Below, one piece after another: positions 47,360-57,588 of a stretch of DNA of 64,000 nt. The position numbers and the translations under genes are program-made. Position 1 is the first letter of the stretch. Every line of letters begins with the position of its first letter. The notes beneath the pieces were generated by a model, which did no database searches, had not been told where the DNA came from, and worked only from the letters and a program-made list of their open reading frames with translations. The stretch covers positions 3,392,001 to 3,456,000 of the forward strand of contig CBDDPY010000002.1 of NCBI GenBank assembly GCA_965232515.1. The letters are read 5' to 3'. This DNA is from Alphaproteobacteria bacterium (lineage in GTDB: Bacteria; Pseudomonadota; Alphaproteobacteria; GCA-2731375).

Positions 47360-48332
47360 AGCGATCTGCCGAAGGCCGATCGCCGTCATCCAGGGGGATC
47401 GGTTCGGGCGGGCGCTCGGCGAGGATGCCGCGGCTGAAGCGTTGCAGGATGATCTGCAGAGCGAGGCCGATCAGAAAGACACGGATATAGGCCGAGCGCA
47501 GGGCCCAGTCGCTGGGAAGCTGGCGGGTGACGAGCTCGGTCAGCGACCAGATCGCCCAGATCAGCATCGGCCCGAGGATGGCGCCGCGGTTGTTGCCGCT
47601 GCCGCCGGCGATCAGCATGACCCAGACCAGGAAGGTGACCAGCAGCGGCTCGGTCGATTCCGGTCCGATGAAGCGAATCGAATGCGCCATCAGCGCGCCG
47701 CCGAGGCCCATGATCATGGAGCCGAGCACGAACGCCTCGAGCCGGCGGGCCATGATGTTCTTGCCGGCCGCGCGGGCCGACAGCTCGTTCTCGCGGATCG
47801 CCCGCATGACCCGACCCCAGGGCGAGTTCAGGCCGCGCTGCATGGCGACGTAAATGACGGCGACGATGGCCAGCACCATGAGCAGGAAGGCGAGGTTGTT
47901 CTGGAAGGGCGGCAGGCTCTCGAACGGGCGCGGAATGCCGGGAATGCCGCGCGGGCCGTTGGTCAGCCAGTCCTCGTTCTTGACGATCAGCCGCAGGATT
48001 TCGGCGATGCCGATGGTGGCGATCGCCAGATAGTCGCTGCGCAGCGTCAGGGTCAGCCAGCCGATGAAGGCGGCGACCACGCCCGCGGTCAGCATCGCCG
48101 CGACCAGGCCGACCGGCACCGGCAGCGCGAAGCCGCCGAGATAGTCGGCATGCGCCGGCGTGGTCAGGATCGCGGATGTATAGGCGCCGACGGCGAAGAA
48201 GCCGGCGATGCCGGCGTTGAACAGGCCGGTAAAGCCCCATTGCACGTTGAGGCCGAGACACATCACCGCGTAGATGCCGCCGATGGTCAGCAGGCTGACG
48301 GGATAGGCGAGAAAGGTCGCGAGATCGGCCAT
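47358..48332 (-). CDS. livM: Branched-chain amino acid ABC permease
   Basis: GLNVQWGFTGLFN.G, LRSDYLAIAT, SPWGRVMRAIRENE, GGSGNN.GA. Confidence 0.88.
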   Translation of the reverse strand: MADLATFLAYPVSLLTIGGIYAVMCLGLNVQWGFTGLFNAGIAGFFAVGAYTSAILTTPAHADYLGGFALPVPVGLVAAMLTAGVVAAFIGWLTLTLRSDYLAIATIGIAEILRLIVKNEDWLTNGPRGIPGIPRPFESLPPFQNNLAFLLMVLAIVAVIYVAMQRGLNSPWGRVMRAIRENELSARAAGKNIMARRLEAFVLGSMIMGLGGALMAHSIRFIGPESTEPLLVTFLVWVMLIAGGSGNNRGAILGPMLIWAIWSLTELVTRQLPSDWALRSAYIRVFLIGLALQIILQRFSRGILAERPPEPIPLDDGDRPSADR

Positions 48333-49219
48333 CAATAAACCCTTCCCTTGAACAGGCCGCTCGGCCGCCAGAGCAGCATCGCCACCATGATGGCAAACGC
48401 GACGGCCGACTTGTAGGTCGGATCCAAGAGCGGCGTGGTGCCGACCCAGGGATAGGCCGACAGCTCCTCGGCGATGCCGATGACGAGGCCGCCGGCGATG
48501 GCGCCATAAGGCTTGCCGATGCCGCCCAGGATCGCCGCCGCGAACACCGGCAGCAGCATGTTCCAGCCGATCAGCGTGGTGATCTGGGTGTCCATGCCGA
48601 GGAAGACGCCGGCCGCGCCCGCGAGGCAGCCGCCCAGCACCCAAGTCCAGGCGACGATGCGCTCGGTGTTGATGCCGGTGATGCGGGCGAGATCGGGATC
48701 GTCGCTGAGCGCGCGCATGGCCTTGCCGGTCTTGGTCCGGGTCAGGAAGAGATGCAAGGCGACAACGAGCGCGATCGACAGCAGCACGATCCAGATATGC
48801 CGCTCGGCGATGCGCAGGCCATCGAACACGATTGGCTTGCGAAAGCCCTTTTCGTAGACATGGCTGTGCGGGCCCCAGACGAACTGAATGAACGCGCGCA
48901 GCATGAGCGCAACGCCGAAGGACGCGACCAGCACGATGATCGTCGGCCGGTCGCGGAGCGGCCTGTAGAACAGCCGGTCGATCAGGATCGCCATCAGCAC
49001 GACGCCCGCCATGGCGACCGGCAGCGCGGCGTAGACGGTGAAGCCGAGGCCGACGACCAGCGGCAGCGCGACGTAGGCGCCCAGCGTCATCATGTCGCCG
49101 TGGGCGAAATGGGCGAAGCGCAGGATGCCGAAGATCAGCGACACGCCGATGGCGCCCAGCGCATAGATGCTGCCGAGGACGATGCCGGGGATCAGGTAGA
49201 AGTTGATGAATTCGAGCAA
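48332..49219 (-). CDS. livH: Branched-chain amino acid ABC permease
   Basis: GSIYALGAIG, FAHGD, TKTGKAMRA, GGIG.P.GA, RPSGLF. Confidence 0.88.
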   Translation of the reverse strand: MLEFINFYLIPGIVLGSIYALGAIGVSLIFGILRFAHFAHGDMMTLGAYVALPLVVGLGFTVYAALPVAMAGVVLMAILIDRLFYRPLRDRPTIIVLVASFGVALMLRAFIQFVWGPHSHVYEKGFRKPIVFDGLRIAERHIWIVLLSIALVVALHLFLTRTKTGKAMRALSDDPDLARITGINTERIVAWTWVLGGCLAGAAGVFLGMDTQITTLIGWNMLLPVFAAAILGGIGKPYGAIAGGLVIGIAEELSAYPWVGTTPLLDPTYKSAVAFAIMVAMLLWRPSGLFKGRVY

Positions 49220-49269
49220 GGGGGTGGATCCTTATCCTGCTCGAGGTGTTTGCGATAGCGACGTCAGAT

Positions 49270-49397
49270 AGCCCTCACCCCAACCCTCTCCCGCAAGCGG
49301 GAGAGGGGGCCGCTGCCGCTGCTGTTTGTTTCCCCTCTCCCGCCTGCGGGAGAGGGAGGGACCCGCGCGACGGTAGTCGCGTGGGAGGGTGAGGGCT
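49270..49397. repeat. CCCTCTCCC-type intergenic palindromic element
   Basis: AGCCCTCACCC ... GGGTGAGGGCT termini enclosing two CCCTCTCCC/GGGAGAGGG hairpins. Confidence 0.8.
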
Positions 49398-49416
49398 GGT
49401 ATTTGTGCTCGCACCA

Positions 49417-50127
49417 TCATCCCCCCAAAAACGCTTCCGCGACCTCGCGGTTGGCGAGGAGGTTGGGGCCGGTGTCGGTGAAGCTGTTCTGGCCGTTGAC
49501 GAGGACGTAGCCGCGGTCGGCGAGCTCAAGCGCGTGGCGGGCATTCTGCTCGACCATGAGGATGGCGATGCCGGCGCGGTTGATCTCGACGATGCGCTCG
49601 AAGATCTGCTCGACGAAGGCCGGCGCCAGCCCGGCCGTCGGCTCGTCGAGCAGCAGGAGGCGCGGGTCGAGCATCATGGCGCGGCCCATGGCGACCATCT
49701 GCCGCTGGCCGCCGGAGAGCAGGCCCGCCGCCTGGCGGCGCTTGTCGCGGAGCGGCGGGAACACCTCGTAGACACGGGCGAGCTGTTCGGAAATGTCGCC
49801 CGCGCGGATATAGGCGCCCATCTCCAGGTTCTCGTGCACGGTCAGGTTGGGAAAGACATTGCGCTCCTGCGGCACGTAGGCGAGGCCGAGGCGGGCGACG
49901 CGGTCCGGCGACAGGTTGGTGATGTCCTGGCCGTCCCAGGTGACGGCGCCCTCGCGGATCTGCACCAGGCCGAAGACGGCCTTCATGGCCGTCGACTTGC
50001 CGGCGCCGTTGGGGCCAATGATGACGACGATCTCGTCCGGGTTCACGGCGAGGTCGATGCCATTCAGGATGTCGGCGCCGCCATAGCCGCCGTAGACGTC
50101 GCTCGCCTGCAACAGCGCCGCCGTCAT
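49417..50127 (-). CDS. livF: Branched-chain amino acid ABC ATP-binding protein
   Basis: GPNGAGKST, LSGGQRQM, LDEPTAGLAP, VEQN. Confidence 0.9.
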   Translation of the reverse strand: MTAALLQASDVYGGYGGADILNGIDLAVNPDEIVVIIGPNGAGKSTAMKAVFGLVQIREGAVTWDGQDITNLSPDRVARLGLAYVPQERNVFPNLTVHENLEMGAYIRAGDISEQLARVYEVFPPLRDKRRQAAGLLSGGQRQMVAMGRAMMLDPRLLLLDEPTAGLAPAFVEQIFERIVEINRAGIAILMVEQNARHALELADRGYVLVNGQNSFTDTGPNLLANREVAEAFLGG

Positions 50128-50909
50128 GCGCTGGCCCGCCGGTCGGCCGCGCCGCCGAAATAGGCCTCGATCACGGCGGGGTCCTTGCGGATGTCGGCCA
50201 TATGGCCCTGGGTCAGCACGCTGCCGTGCGCCATCACCACGACGGGATCGCACAACTCGGCAATCAGGTCCATGTCGTGCTCGATGATGCAGAAGGTATA
50301 GCCGTGCTCGCGGTTGAGGCGCTGGATGTCGGCGCAGAGCTTGGCCAGGAGGGTTCGATTGACGCCGGCGCCGGGCTCGTCCAGCAGAACCGTGCTGGCG
50401 CCGGACATCATGGCGCGGCCGAGCTCGAGCAGCTTCTTCTGGCCGCCCGAGAGCTCGCCGGCGAGCGCATCGCGGACATGCGAGAGATTGAGGAAATCGA
50501 GCACGTCCTCGGCCCGCCGGCGCACGTCCGCCTCCTCGCGCCTGATGCGGCCCCAGGCGAACCAGGACTGGACCAGGCTCTCGCCGGTCTGGCCGCCGGG
50601 CACGACGAGCAGGTTCTCCAGCACGGTCATGGCCGAGAACTCGTGCGGAATCTGGAAGGTGCGCACCAGGCCCAGGTCGAACAGGCGCTCCGGCGCCATG
50701 CCGGTGATGTCGCGGTCATCGAGCCGGATGCGCCCGGCTTCGGGCCGGAAAACGCCGGCGATGGTGTTGAACAATGTGGTCTTGCCGGCGCCGTTTGGGC
50801 CGATCAGGCCGGTGATACTGCCCTTCTCGACCCGGAACGAGCAGTCGTTAACGGCCTGGATGCCGCCGAAGCTTTTCGAGACATGCTCGATGGCGATCGA
50901 CGCGCCCAT
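50124..50909 (-). CDS. livG: Branched-chain amino acid ABC ATP-binding protein
   Basis: GPNGAGKTT, RTFQ, LSGGQKK, LDEPGAG, IEHDM, VIEAY. Confidence 0.9.
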   Translation of the reverse strand: MGASIAIEHVSKSFGGIQAVNDCSFRVEKGSITGLIGPNGAGKTTLFNTIAGVFRPEAGRIRLDDRDITGMAPERLFDLGLVRTFQIPHEFSAMTVLENLLVVPGGQTGESLVQSWFAWGRIRREEADVRRRAEDVLDFLNLSHVRDALAGELSGGQKKLLELGRAMMSGASTVLLDEPGAGVNRTLLAKLCADIQRLNREHGYTFCIIEHDMDLIAELCDPVVVMAHGSVLTQGHMADIRKDPAVIEAYFGGAADRRASA

Positions 50910-50910
50910 T

Positions 50911-52011
50911 TCAGACCAAGAACCCGGTCAGCGCCGCGATTACCGCGTCGTTGTCAGCCGGCAAGCCGATGGTGATGCGAAGGTAATCCTCGAGGCCGTA
51001 ATCGTCGACGCCCCGAACGCGTATGCCGTTGTCGGCGAGATGCGCCTTGGCGGCACCGGCGCGGTGGTTGCCGGTCTGCGGGAAGCGGACCATAACGAAG
51101 TTGGTGACGCTGGGCACGGTCTCGAGACCGAGGCCGGCGAGCGCGGCACAGAGCCTATCACGCTCGACCGCGGTGTCGGCGGCGACGCGCTTGACGAAGT
51201 CAGGATCCGCCAGCGCGGCGACCGCGGCGGCCTGGGCCAGCGCGTTGATGTTGCCGATGGCGCGCATGCGGTTGATGGTGGCCGCCATGGACGGCGCGCA
51301 ATGTCCCCAGCCAACCCGGAGCGCGGCCAGGCCCCAGGCCTTGGAGAAGGTGCGGGTGACGATGACGTTCTCATGGCCGGCGACGAACTCGTGACCGGCG
51401 GTATAGTCCGGCAGGTCGACGAAGTCGGCATAGGCCGAGTCGATTACCAACACCACGTCGGCCGGCAGGCCGTCGCGCAGGCGCTCGACCTCGGCGGCGG
51501 GCACGTATCGGCCACACGGATTATTGGGGTTGTCGAGGAAGACGATTTTCGTGCGCGGCGTGACGCGGGCGAGCAACGCGTCGACATCGACCCTGAGATC
51601 GCGCATGGGCGCGGTGACGGGCGTGGCGCCGACCCGCTTGGCGACGATGGGGAATTGCAGAAAGCCGTAATCGGCGAACAGGATCTCGTCGCCAGGCCGG
51701 GCGTAGAGGCGGCCGACGAGATCGAGGATCTCCTCGGAGCCGTTGCCGCAGACGAGCGTGTCGGGGTCGAGATCGAAGGCGCGGCCGATGGCGGCGCGCA
51801 GGTCGGTGCTGGCGGGATCGGGATAGCGGTGCAGGCGCTCGGCCCGGGTCTGCGCCGCGGCGACGGCCAGTGGGCTGACGCCGAAGGCGGATTCGTTCAG
51901 CGACAGGTCGATGACCGGCGGCGCGCCGGTGGCGGCGCCGACGACGGTGAGGCCCGAGTCGGGGATGTAAGGCTGCGGACGCGTTTGTTCGCGGCGGGCT
52001 TTCAGCGGCAT
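50911..52011 (-). CDS. hisC: Histidinol-phosphate aminotransferase-like enzyme (class I/II)
   Basis: LSLNES, YPD, GNGSEE, NPNNP, DSAY, RTFSKAWGLAALRVGW. Confidence 0.8.
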   Translation of the reverse strand: MPLKARREQTRPQPYIPDSGLTVVGAATGAPPVIDLSLNESAFGVSPLAVAAAQTRAERLHRYPDPASTDLRAAIGRAFDLDPDTLVCGNGSEEILDLVGRLYARPGDEILFADYGFLQFPIVAKRVGATPVTAPMRDLRVDVDALLARVTPRTKIVFLDNPNNPCGRYVPAAEVERLRDGLPADVVLVIDSAYADFVDLPDYTAGHEFVAGHENVIVTRTFSKAWGLAALRVGWGHCAPSMAATINRMRAIGNINALAQAAAVAALADPDFVKRVAADTAVERDRLCAALAGLGLETVPSVTNFVMVRFPQTGNHRAGAAKAHLADNGIRVRGVDDYGLEDYLRITIGLPADNDAVIAALTGFLV

Positions 52012-52029
52012 CGTTCGGACATCGTTACC

Positions 52030-53535
52030 TTACGCGGCGGACGTACCGGGCGGCGCGTTCCAATCGAGGGGATAGATCGGGCGACGCAGGTTCTTGAACG
52101 GGAACAGGCTGTAGTCGGAGCTGCAGACGCCGGGGCCGGCGATCAGCACGATGTGCTTGGCGATCGGTTCGAAGCCGGCGCGAAAATGCTGCCGCGACTT
52201 GATCAACACGTATTTCTTTTTTGCTGGATCGATGCCGGCGTGGGTGAAGCAGCCCGTGTCGAACGGCTCGAAGCGGTCTTCCGAGACGACGATCTGGACC
52301 GGGCCTGTGTCGAGAACGGCGGTGCGGCCCATGTTGATCATGGTGCCGGTGGCCATGGGACCGGTGATGCGGAAACGGCCGTCGGTGATGCAGCGCACCC
52401 GGCCGGTCACGTCCAGCGGCCGACCCTGCAGTTCCAGCGCCGGCATATCGGTCTTGCCGCCGAGCTGCAGCGTCACCTCGGCGCCGACGCCGGCCTCGAT
52501 CATTTGCGCCACCGACGCCGGGTCCCAGATCGGGCCGGCGGCGACGTCCTCGAGACCCTGGCGCATGACCTCTTCCAGCACCTCCATGACGTCCTGGTTA
52601 CCGCCGGCGCCGCAATTGTCGCCGTGGTCGACGAGGATCACCGGGCCGTCGTCCAGCGCCTTCGCCTTGGCGATGGAGTCGGCCATGGGCTCGATCTCGA
52701 AGATGAAGTCTTCGCGGCGCTGCCAGGCGAGCTCCATCATGCGGTCGATCAGATGCTCGGCCGAATCGCCGGCGCCGTCGGCGACGACCACGGCGCTGAC
52801 GCCCACGTGCGGAATGTCGGCGAGCGGGAAACCGCCGAAGACGGATGCGTTCAATACCTGACGACCGGCTTCCGCCGCCATGGCCATGTCCATGATGTCC
52901 TTCATGGGCTGGCTCGCCGGGGTCTGGCGCAGCATGTGCGTCAGCATCGGCCGCGAGCGCCAGAGCGTGACCGGCTTGATCTCGCCCTTGAGCATCCGCA
53001 TCAACGTGCGGCCGGCGCGCTTGCCGGTCTCGTACATGTCGACATGCGGATAGGTGCAATAGCCCGTGATCACGTCGGCATTGTCGACCATGGTCTGGGT
53101 CAGATTGGTGTGGAAATCGAGCGCCACGGCGACCGGCAGGCCGGGCGCGATCTCGCGGATGCGGCGCAGCAGCTCGCCCTCGCCGTCGTCATATTCCTCG
53201 GCCACCATGGCGCCGTGCAGATCAAGCAGCACAGCGTCGCAGCCGGCGGCCACGGCCTCGCAGATCGCCGTCGCCATGGTCTCGAAGGCCTCGGATGTCA
53301 CCGGGCCGCTGGGCGAGGCGTTCGCCGCCATGGGCAGCACGATCTCGGCATTTTCCGCTTCGGCGATGTCGATGAAGGCGGCGATCGGGTTGTTGGTGCC
53401 GCGATAGGCCGCGATGGCGCGGTCGCCGCTGACCGGTCCGCCGCCGGGTCCGCCGCGGCCGAACGACGTCAACGGCGTGGGCAGCGGCGAAAACGTGTTG
53501 GTTTCGTGCCGCATCATGGCAATGACGAAACGCAT
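52030..53535 (-). CDS. M81 family metallopeptidase (MlrC-like)
   Basis: HETNTFS, LDLHGAM, DGEG, LDFHTN, YPHVD, D..DN.G.G, KS..HFRA.F. Confidence 0.92.
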   Translation of the reverse strand: MRFVIAMMRHETNTFSPLPTPLTSFGRGGPGGGPVSGDRAIAAYRGTNNPIAAFIDIAEAENAEIVLPMAANASPSGPVTSEAFETMATAICEAVAAGCDAVLLDLHGAMVAEEYDDGEGELLRRIREIAPGLPVAVALDFHTNLTQTMVDNADVITGYCTYPHVDMYETGKRAGRTLMRMLKGEIKPVTLWRSRPMLTHMLRQTPASQPMKDIMDMAMAAEAGRQVLNASVFGGFPLADIPHVGVSAVVVADGAGDSAEHLIDRMMELAWQRREDFIFEIEPMADSIAKAKALDDGPVILVDHGDNCGAGGNQDVMEVLEEVMRQGLEDVAAGPIWDPASVAQMIEAGVGAEVTLQLGGKTDMPALELQGRPLDVTGRVRCITDGRFRITGPMATGTMINMGRTAVLDTGPVQIVVSEDRFEPFDTGCFTHAGIDPAKKKYVLIKSRQHFRAGFEPIAKHIVLIAGPGVCSSDYSLFPFKNLRRPIYPLDWNAPPGTSAA

Positions 53536-53572
53536 TCGGAAGCAATCCCCTGTCGTTGGCGTTCTTGTTCGT

Positions 53573-54598
53573 TTACTCGGCCGCGGCCATGCGCTGGTGC
53601 GGTGCGACGCCATCATCGCCGACCAGATGGCAGGCGACCGTATGGCCAGTGTCGATTTCGCGCAAGGGTGGCGTTTGGGCGAGACACTGGGCCTCCGCGA
53701 ACGGGCACCGCGAGGCGAAGCGGCAGCCCTCGGGTGGATCGATGGGGCTGGGCGGATCGCCCGTCAACCGGATACGGTCTTCCCGAGCTTCGCTGGAGAT
53801 TCGCGCCGACGGCACGGCCGAGAGCAACGCCCAGGTATAGGGATGCAGCGGCCGCTTGAAGAGCGAGATCCGGTCCGCGCGCTCGACGATGCGGCCGAGA
53901 TACATCACCGCGACCTCGTCGCACATGTACTGCACGACGCCGAGATCGTGCGAGATGAACAGATACGTCAAGCCGAACTCGCCTTGCAGGCGACGCAGCA
54001 GGTTCAGGATCTGGGCCTGGATCGCCACGTCGAGCGCCGAGACCGGTTCGTCGCAGACGATCAGCTCGGGCTGGCTGGCGAGCGCACGGGCAATGCCGAT
54101 GCGCTGGCGTTGACCGCCGGAGAACTGGTGCGGGAACAGCGCCCGCTGCTCGGGCCTGAGTCCGACGTGCCGGAACAGTTCGGCCACCCGGTCGTCGCGC
54201 TCGGCCGGCTTGCCGACGCGCATCAGGTCGAGCGGCGCGCGGACGATGGCACCGGCCCGCTCGCGCGGGTTCAGCGACGAGTACGGGTCCTGGAAGATGA
54301 TCTGCATGCGTCGGCGCAACAGGCGCAGCGTTTCGCCCTCGGCCGCCGTCACGTCGTCGTCGCCGAGCGCGATGTCGCCCTCGGTGACCGGCACCAGGCG
54401 CATGACGGCGAGCGCCGTCGTGGTCTTGCCGGAGCCGCTCTCGCCAACAAGGCCGAAGGTGGTGCCGCGCCGGACGTCGAAGCTGACGCCATCGACGGCG
54501 TGCACCCGGGGCTGCGCGGCGAGCGGATGCGGGCGGCGCTGGCTGAAATGCACCTTGAGGTCGCGCACTTGCAGCAGCGCGCCGTCCGTCGTTGTCAT
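53573..54598 (-). CDS. Peptide ABC transporter ATP-binding protein (DppF-like)
   Basis: [25 protein letters not shown]. Confidence 0.95.
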   Translation of the reverse strand: MTTTDGALLQVRDLKVHFSQRRPHPLAAQPRVHAVDGVSFDVRRGTTFGLVGESGSGKTTTALAVMRLVPVTEGDIALGDDDVTAAEGETLRLLRRRMQIIFQDPYSSLNPRERAGAIVRAPLDLMRVGKPAERDDRVAELFRHVGLRPEQRALFPHQFSGGQRQRIGIARALASQPELIVCDEPVSALDVAIQAQILNLLRRLQGEFGLTYLFISHDLGVVQYMCDEVAVMYLGRIVERADRISLFKRPLHPYTWALLSAVPSARISSEAREDRIRLTGDPPSPIDPPEGCRFASRCPFAEAQCLAQTPPLREIDTGHTVACHLVGDDGVAPHQRMAAAE

Positions 54599-55602
54599 GC
54601 CGGCACCGCCTGGTCCTGGTGCAGCAGCCAGCAGGCCGCGTGATGGCCGGCGGCCACGGTGGCTTGCCCCGGCATCGCCTCGCCGCAGCGCGGTATGGCA
54701 TGGGCGCAACGCGGGGCGAACGGACAGCCGGCGCCGAGCTGGGTCATGGCCGGCACGACGCCGGGGATCTCCATCAGCGGCGGGCGCTCGATGGGGGGGT
54801 CGGCCATGAGATGCGGCACGCAGGCAATCAGGCCTTGCGTATAGGGATGGCCGGGGTTGGAGAGAATTTCGGCGACGGGGCCGTCCTCGACCTTCCGTCC
54901 GGCATACATGACGACGACCCGGTCGGCCATCTCGGCGATCGCGCCCATGTCGTGGGTGATCAGGATGATCGCCGTGCCGGTCCGTTCCTGCAGCGCGCGC
55001 AGGAGATCGAAGATCTGCGCCTGCACGGTGACGTCAAGCGCCGTCGTCGGCTCGTCGGCGATCAGCAGCTTGGGCCGGCAGGCGAGCGCCATGGCGATCA
55101 TCACCCGCTGACGCATGCCGCCCGAAAGCTGGTGCGGGTATTCGCGCACGCGGGTCTCCGGCGCCGGGATGGAGACGGCGCGCAGCATCTCGACCGCCCG
55201 CGCCTCGGCCTCGCGGCGGCCCAGGCCCTCGTGCAGGCGCACGGTTTCGGCGATCTGCTCGCCGACGGTGAAGACCGGGTTCAGCGAGGTCATCGGCTCC
55301 TGAAAGATCATCGAGATGTCGTTGCCGCGGATCTCGCGCATGCGGACGATGTCGGCCGCGGTCAGGTCCTCGCCATCGAGCGCCACCCGGCCGCCGGCGA
55401 TGCGGCCCGGCGGCTCGGGCACCAGGCGCATGATGGCGAGCGCCGTCATGCTCTTGCCGCAGCCGGATTCGCCGACGATGCCCAGCGTCTCGCCGGCCTT
55501 GATGTCGAAGGCGAGGTCGTCGATCACGCGGGCGATGCCATCGCGGGTGTCGAACTCGACCCGCAGGTCGGAGACCGAGAGCAACGGCGCGCCGGTGCTC
55601 AT
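54595..55602 (-). CDS. Peptide ABC transporter ATP-binding protein (DppD-like)
   Basis: [25 protein letters not shown]. Confidence 0.95.
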   Translation of the reverse strand: MSTGAPLLSVSDLRVEFDTRDGIARVIDDLAFDIKAGETLGIVGESGCGKSMTALAIMRLVPEPPGRIAGGRVALDGEDLTAADIVRMREIRGNDISMIFQEPMTSLNPVFTVGEQIAETVRLHEGLGRREAEARAVEMLRAVSIPAPETRVREYPHQLSGGMRQRVMIAMALACRPKLLIADEPTTALDVTVQAQIFDLLRALQERTGTAIILITHDMGAIAEMADRVVVMYAGRKVEDGPVAEILSNPGHPYTQGLIACVPHLMADPPIERPPLMEIPGVVPAMTQLGAGCPFAPRCAHAIPRCGEAMPGQATVAAGHHAACWLLHQDQAVPA

Positions 55603-56507
55603 CGCTGCCTCAGCTTGGGGTTCAGCGCGTCGTTCAGGCCGTCGCCGATCAGGCTGACCGACAGCACGGTGAAGAAGATCGCCACGCCCGGCCAGGTGAC
55701 GGCCCACCAGGCGTCGAGGATGAACGGTCGGTTCGAGCCGATGAGATAGCCCCAGCTCATGACATTGGGGTCGCTGAGGCCGAGAAAGCTCAAGCCCGCC
55801 TCGAACAGGATGGCGACGCCGACCGACAGCGCCGCCGTGACGATCAGCGGCGGCGCGGCGTTCGGCAGGATCACCAGCCAGATGATGCGGCTGTGCCGGG
55901 CGCCGATGGCGCGGGCCGACTTGACGTATTCCAGCTCGCGGATGCGCAGGAACTCGGCCCGGGCGAGGCGCGCAACGCCGGTCCAGGAGACGACGCCGAT
56001 GGCGATGGCGATGGTCGTTAGCGACGGCGAGAACAGCATCACCAGCACCATCGCCAGCAGCAGCGGCGGCAGCACCTGGAAGAATTCGGTGATGCGCATC
56101 AGCACGCTCTCGACCCAGCCGCGGTAGTAGCCGGCAAGCGCGCCGATGGTGAGGCCGATGACCAGCGTGATCAGCGCCGCCGCGGCGCCGACGGCAAGCG
56201 TCGCCCGGCCGCCATAGATGATGCCGGCGACGAGATCGCGCCCGAGATAGTCGGTACCGAGCAGGAAGCCCTCGGTGCCCGGCGGCGACAGCGGCGCCCA
56301 GACGATGTCGAAGGGGTCGACCTGGTAAATCAACGGACCGAGTAGGCTGGTGGCGACGACCAGGCCGAGGATCACCAGGCCGACGATGGCGGCGCCGTTC
56401 TTGATGAACATGCGCCAGGCCTCGCGGGCCGGGCTTTCGACCTTGAGGCTGAAATCGAGGCCGTCGTCCGTGGTCACGCCGCCGTCGCTGAGCGCCTTGT
56501 CCGTCAT
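55599..56507 (-). CDS. Peptide ABC transporter permease (DppC-like)
   Basis: [26 protein letters not shown]. Confidence 0.93.
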   Translation of the reverse strand: MTDKALSDGGVTTDDGLDFSLKVESPAREAWRMFIKNGAAIVGLVILGLVVATSLLGPLIYQVDPFDIVWAPLSPPGTEGFLLGTDYLGRDLVAGIIYGGRATLAVGAAAALITLVIGLTIGALAGYYRGWVESVLMRITEFFQVLPPLLLAMVLVMLFSPSLTTIAIAIGVVSWTGVARLARAEFLRIRELEYVKSARAIGARHSRIIWLVILPNAAPPLIVTAALSVGVAILFEAGLSFLGLSDPNVMSWGYLIGSNRPFILDAWWAVTWPGVAIFFTVLSVSLIGDGLNDALNPKLRQR

Positions 56508-57490
56508 CCCTGCGCCCCCGTCTTGATGCGCGGATCGATCAGCCGGTAGGAGAGATCGGTCAGGATGTTGGCGACGATCACGATCAGCGCCGAGAAGAAC
56601 AGAATGCCCAGCAGCGTCGGCGAATCCCGGCGCAGGATGGAATCGAAGGCAAGGCTGCCAAGGCCTGGCCAGTTGAACACGGTTTCGACCAGCACCGCGC
56701 CGGAGAAGAGCTGGCTGAACTGCAGGCCCGCGAAGGTCACGACCGGCAGCACGGCGTTTCGCAGCGCGTGCTTGTAGACGACCAGGAACTCGCTCAGGCC
56801 CTTGGCGCGGGCGGTGCGGATATAGTCGCTGCCGAGCACGTCGAGCATGCTCGCCCGCGCGAGCCGGCTGTAGATCGCCAGGTAAATCGTCGACAGCGTC
56901 ACCACCGGCAGCACCAGATGGTGCAGCACGTCGAGGAAATAGGCCCAGCCGCCACGGCCCAGACTGCTGACGTCATACATGCCGGAGACCGGGAAGAGCG
57001 GAATCCAGGACGCGAACAGGATCAGCAGCATGATGCCGGTCCAGAACACCGGCGCGGCATAGCCGAACAACGCCAGCACCGTGACGATGTGGCTGAGCAG
57101 GCCGTTCGGCTTGCGCGCGGCGATGACGCCCAAAAGCGTGCCGACCAGCACCGCCAGCAGCAGCGAGGTCGCGACCAGGATGATGGTCGGCATGATGCGG
57201 CCGACGATCAGCTCGGTCACCGGCCGGTCGAAGAAGAAGGAGTAGCCGAGGTCGCCCTGCACGACGCGGCCGAGATAGACCAGGAGCTGCTCGTGGAACG
57301 GCTTGTCCAACCCGTAGGTGGCCCGGATCGAGGCCATCATCTCCTCGGTGGCGCCGCCCATCTCGCCGGCGATGACCTCGGCCGGATCGCCGGGCGCCAT
57401 GTGGATCAGGCTGAAATTCAGCACGATCACGGCGAGCAGCAGGATCACGCCCCACATGATCCGCTGGCCGACGCCGCTCAGCGTCTGCAT
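56504..57490 (-). CDS. Peptide ABC transporter permease (DppB-like)
   Basis: PGDPA, TARAKGL, HALRNA.LP, DPRI. Confidence 0.93.
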   Translation of the reverse strand: MQTLSGVGQRIMWGVILLLAVIVLNFSLIHMAPGDPAEVIAGEMGGATEEMMASIRATYGLDKPFHEQLLVYLGRVVQGDLGYSFFFDRPVTELIVGRIMPTIILVATSLLLAVLVGTLLGVIAARKPNGLLSHIVTVLALFGYAAPVFWTGIMLLILFASWIPLFPVSGMYDVSSLGRGGWAYFLDVLHHLVLPVVTLSTIYLAIYSRLARASMLDVLGSDYIRTARAKGLSEFLVVYKHALRNAVLPVVTFAGLQFSQLFSGAVLVETVFNWPGLGSLAFDSILRRDSPTLLGILFFSALIVIVANILTDLSYRLIDPRIKTGAQG

Positions 57491-57588
57491 GACGTCCTGC
57501 CGCTAGCGCCTTCTCCCCCCAACGCGTTGGAGGGAGAAGGATAAGTGAACTGGCGGCCCACCCGCGCCCGCATCGCCGGCGGCCGGCG

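Noticed and set aside
52030-53535. Microcystin degradation cluster
   Set aside because: M81 peptidases are widespread and no mlrA, mlrB or mlrD is adjacent.
50314-53859. 1181-aa plus-strand ORF, and similar long ORFs such as 42483-45419 (-) and 18670-20571 (+)
   Set aside because: These are antisense shadows of well-supported genes in high-GC DNA and have no motifs of their own.
57509-57540. Hairpin CCTTCTCCC...GGGAGAAGG between the binding-protein and permease genes
   Set aside because: Probably an ordinary mRNA-stabilising stem or a remnant of the CCCTCTCCC repeat family; common in ABC operons.
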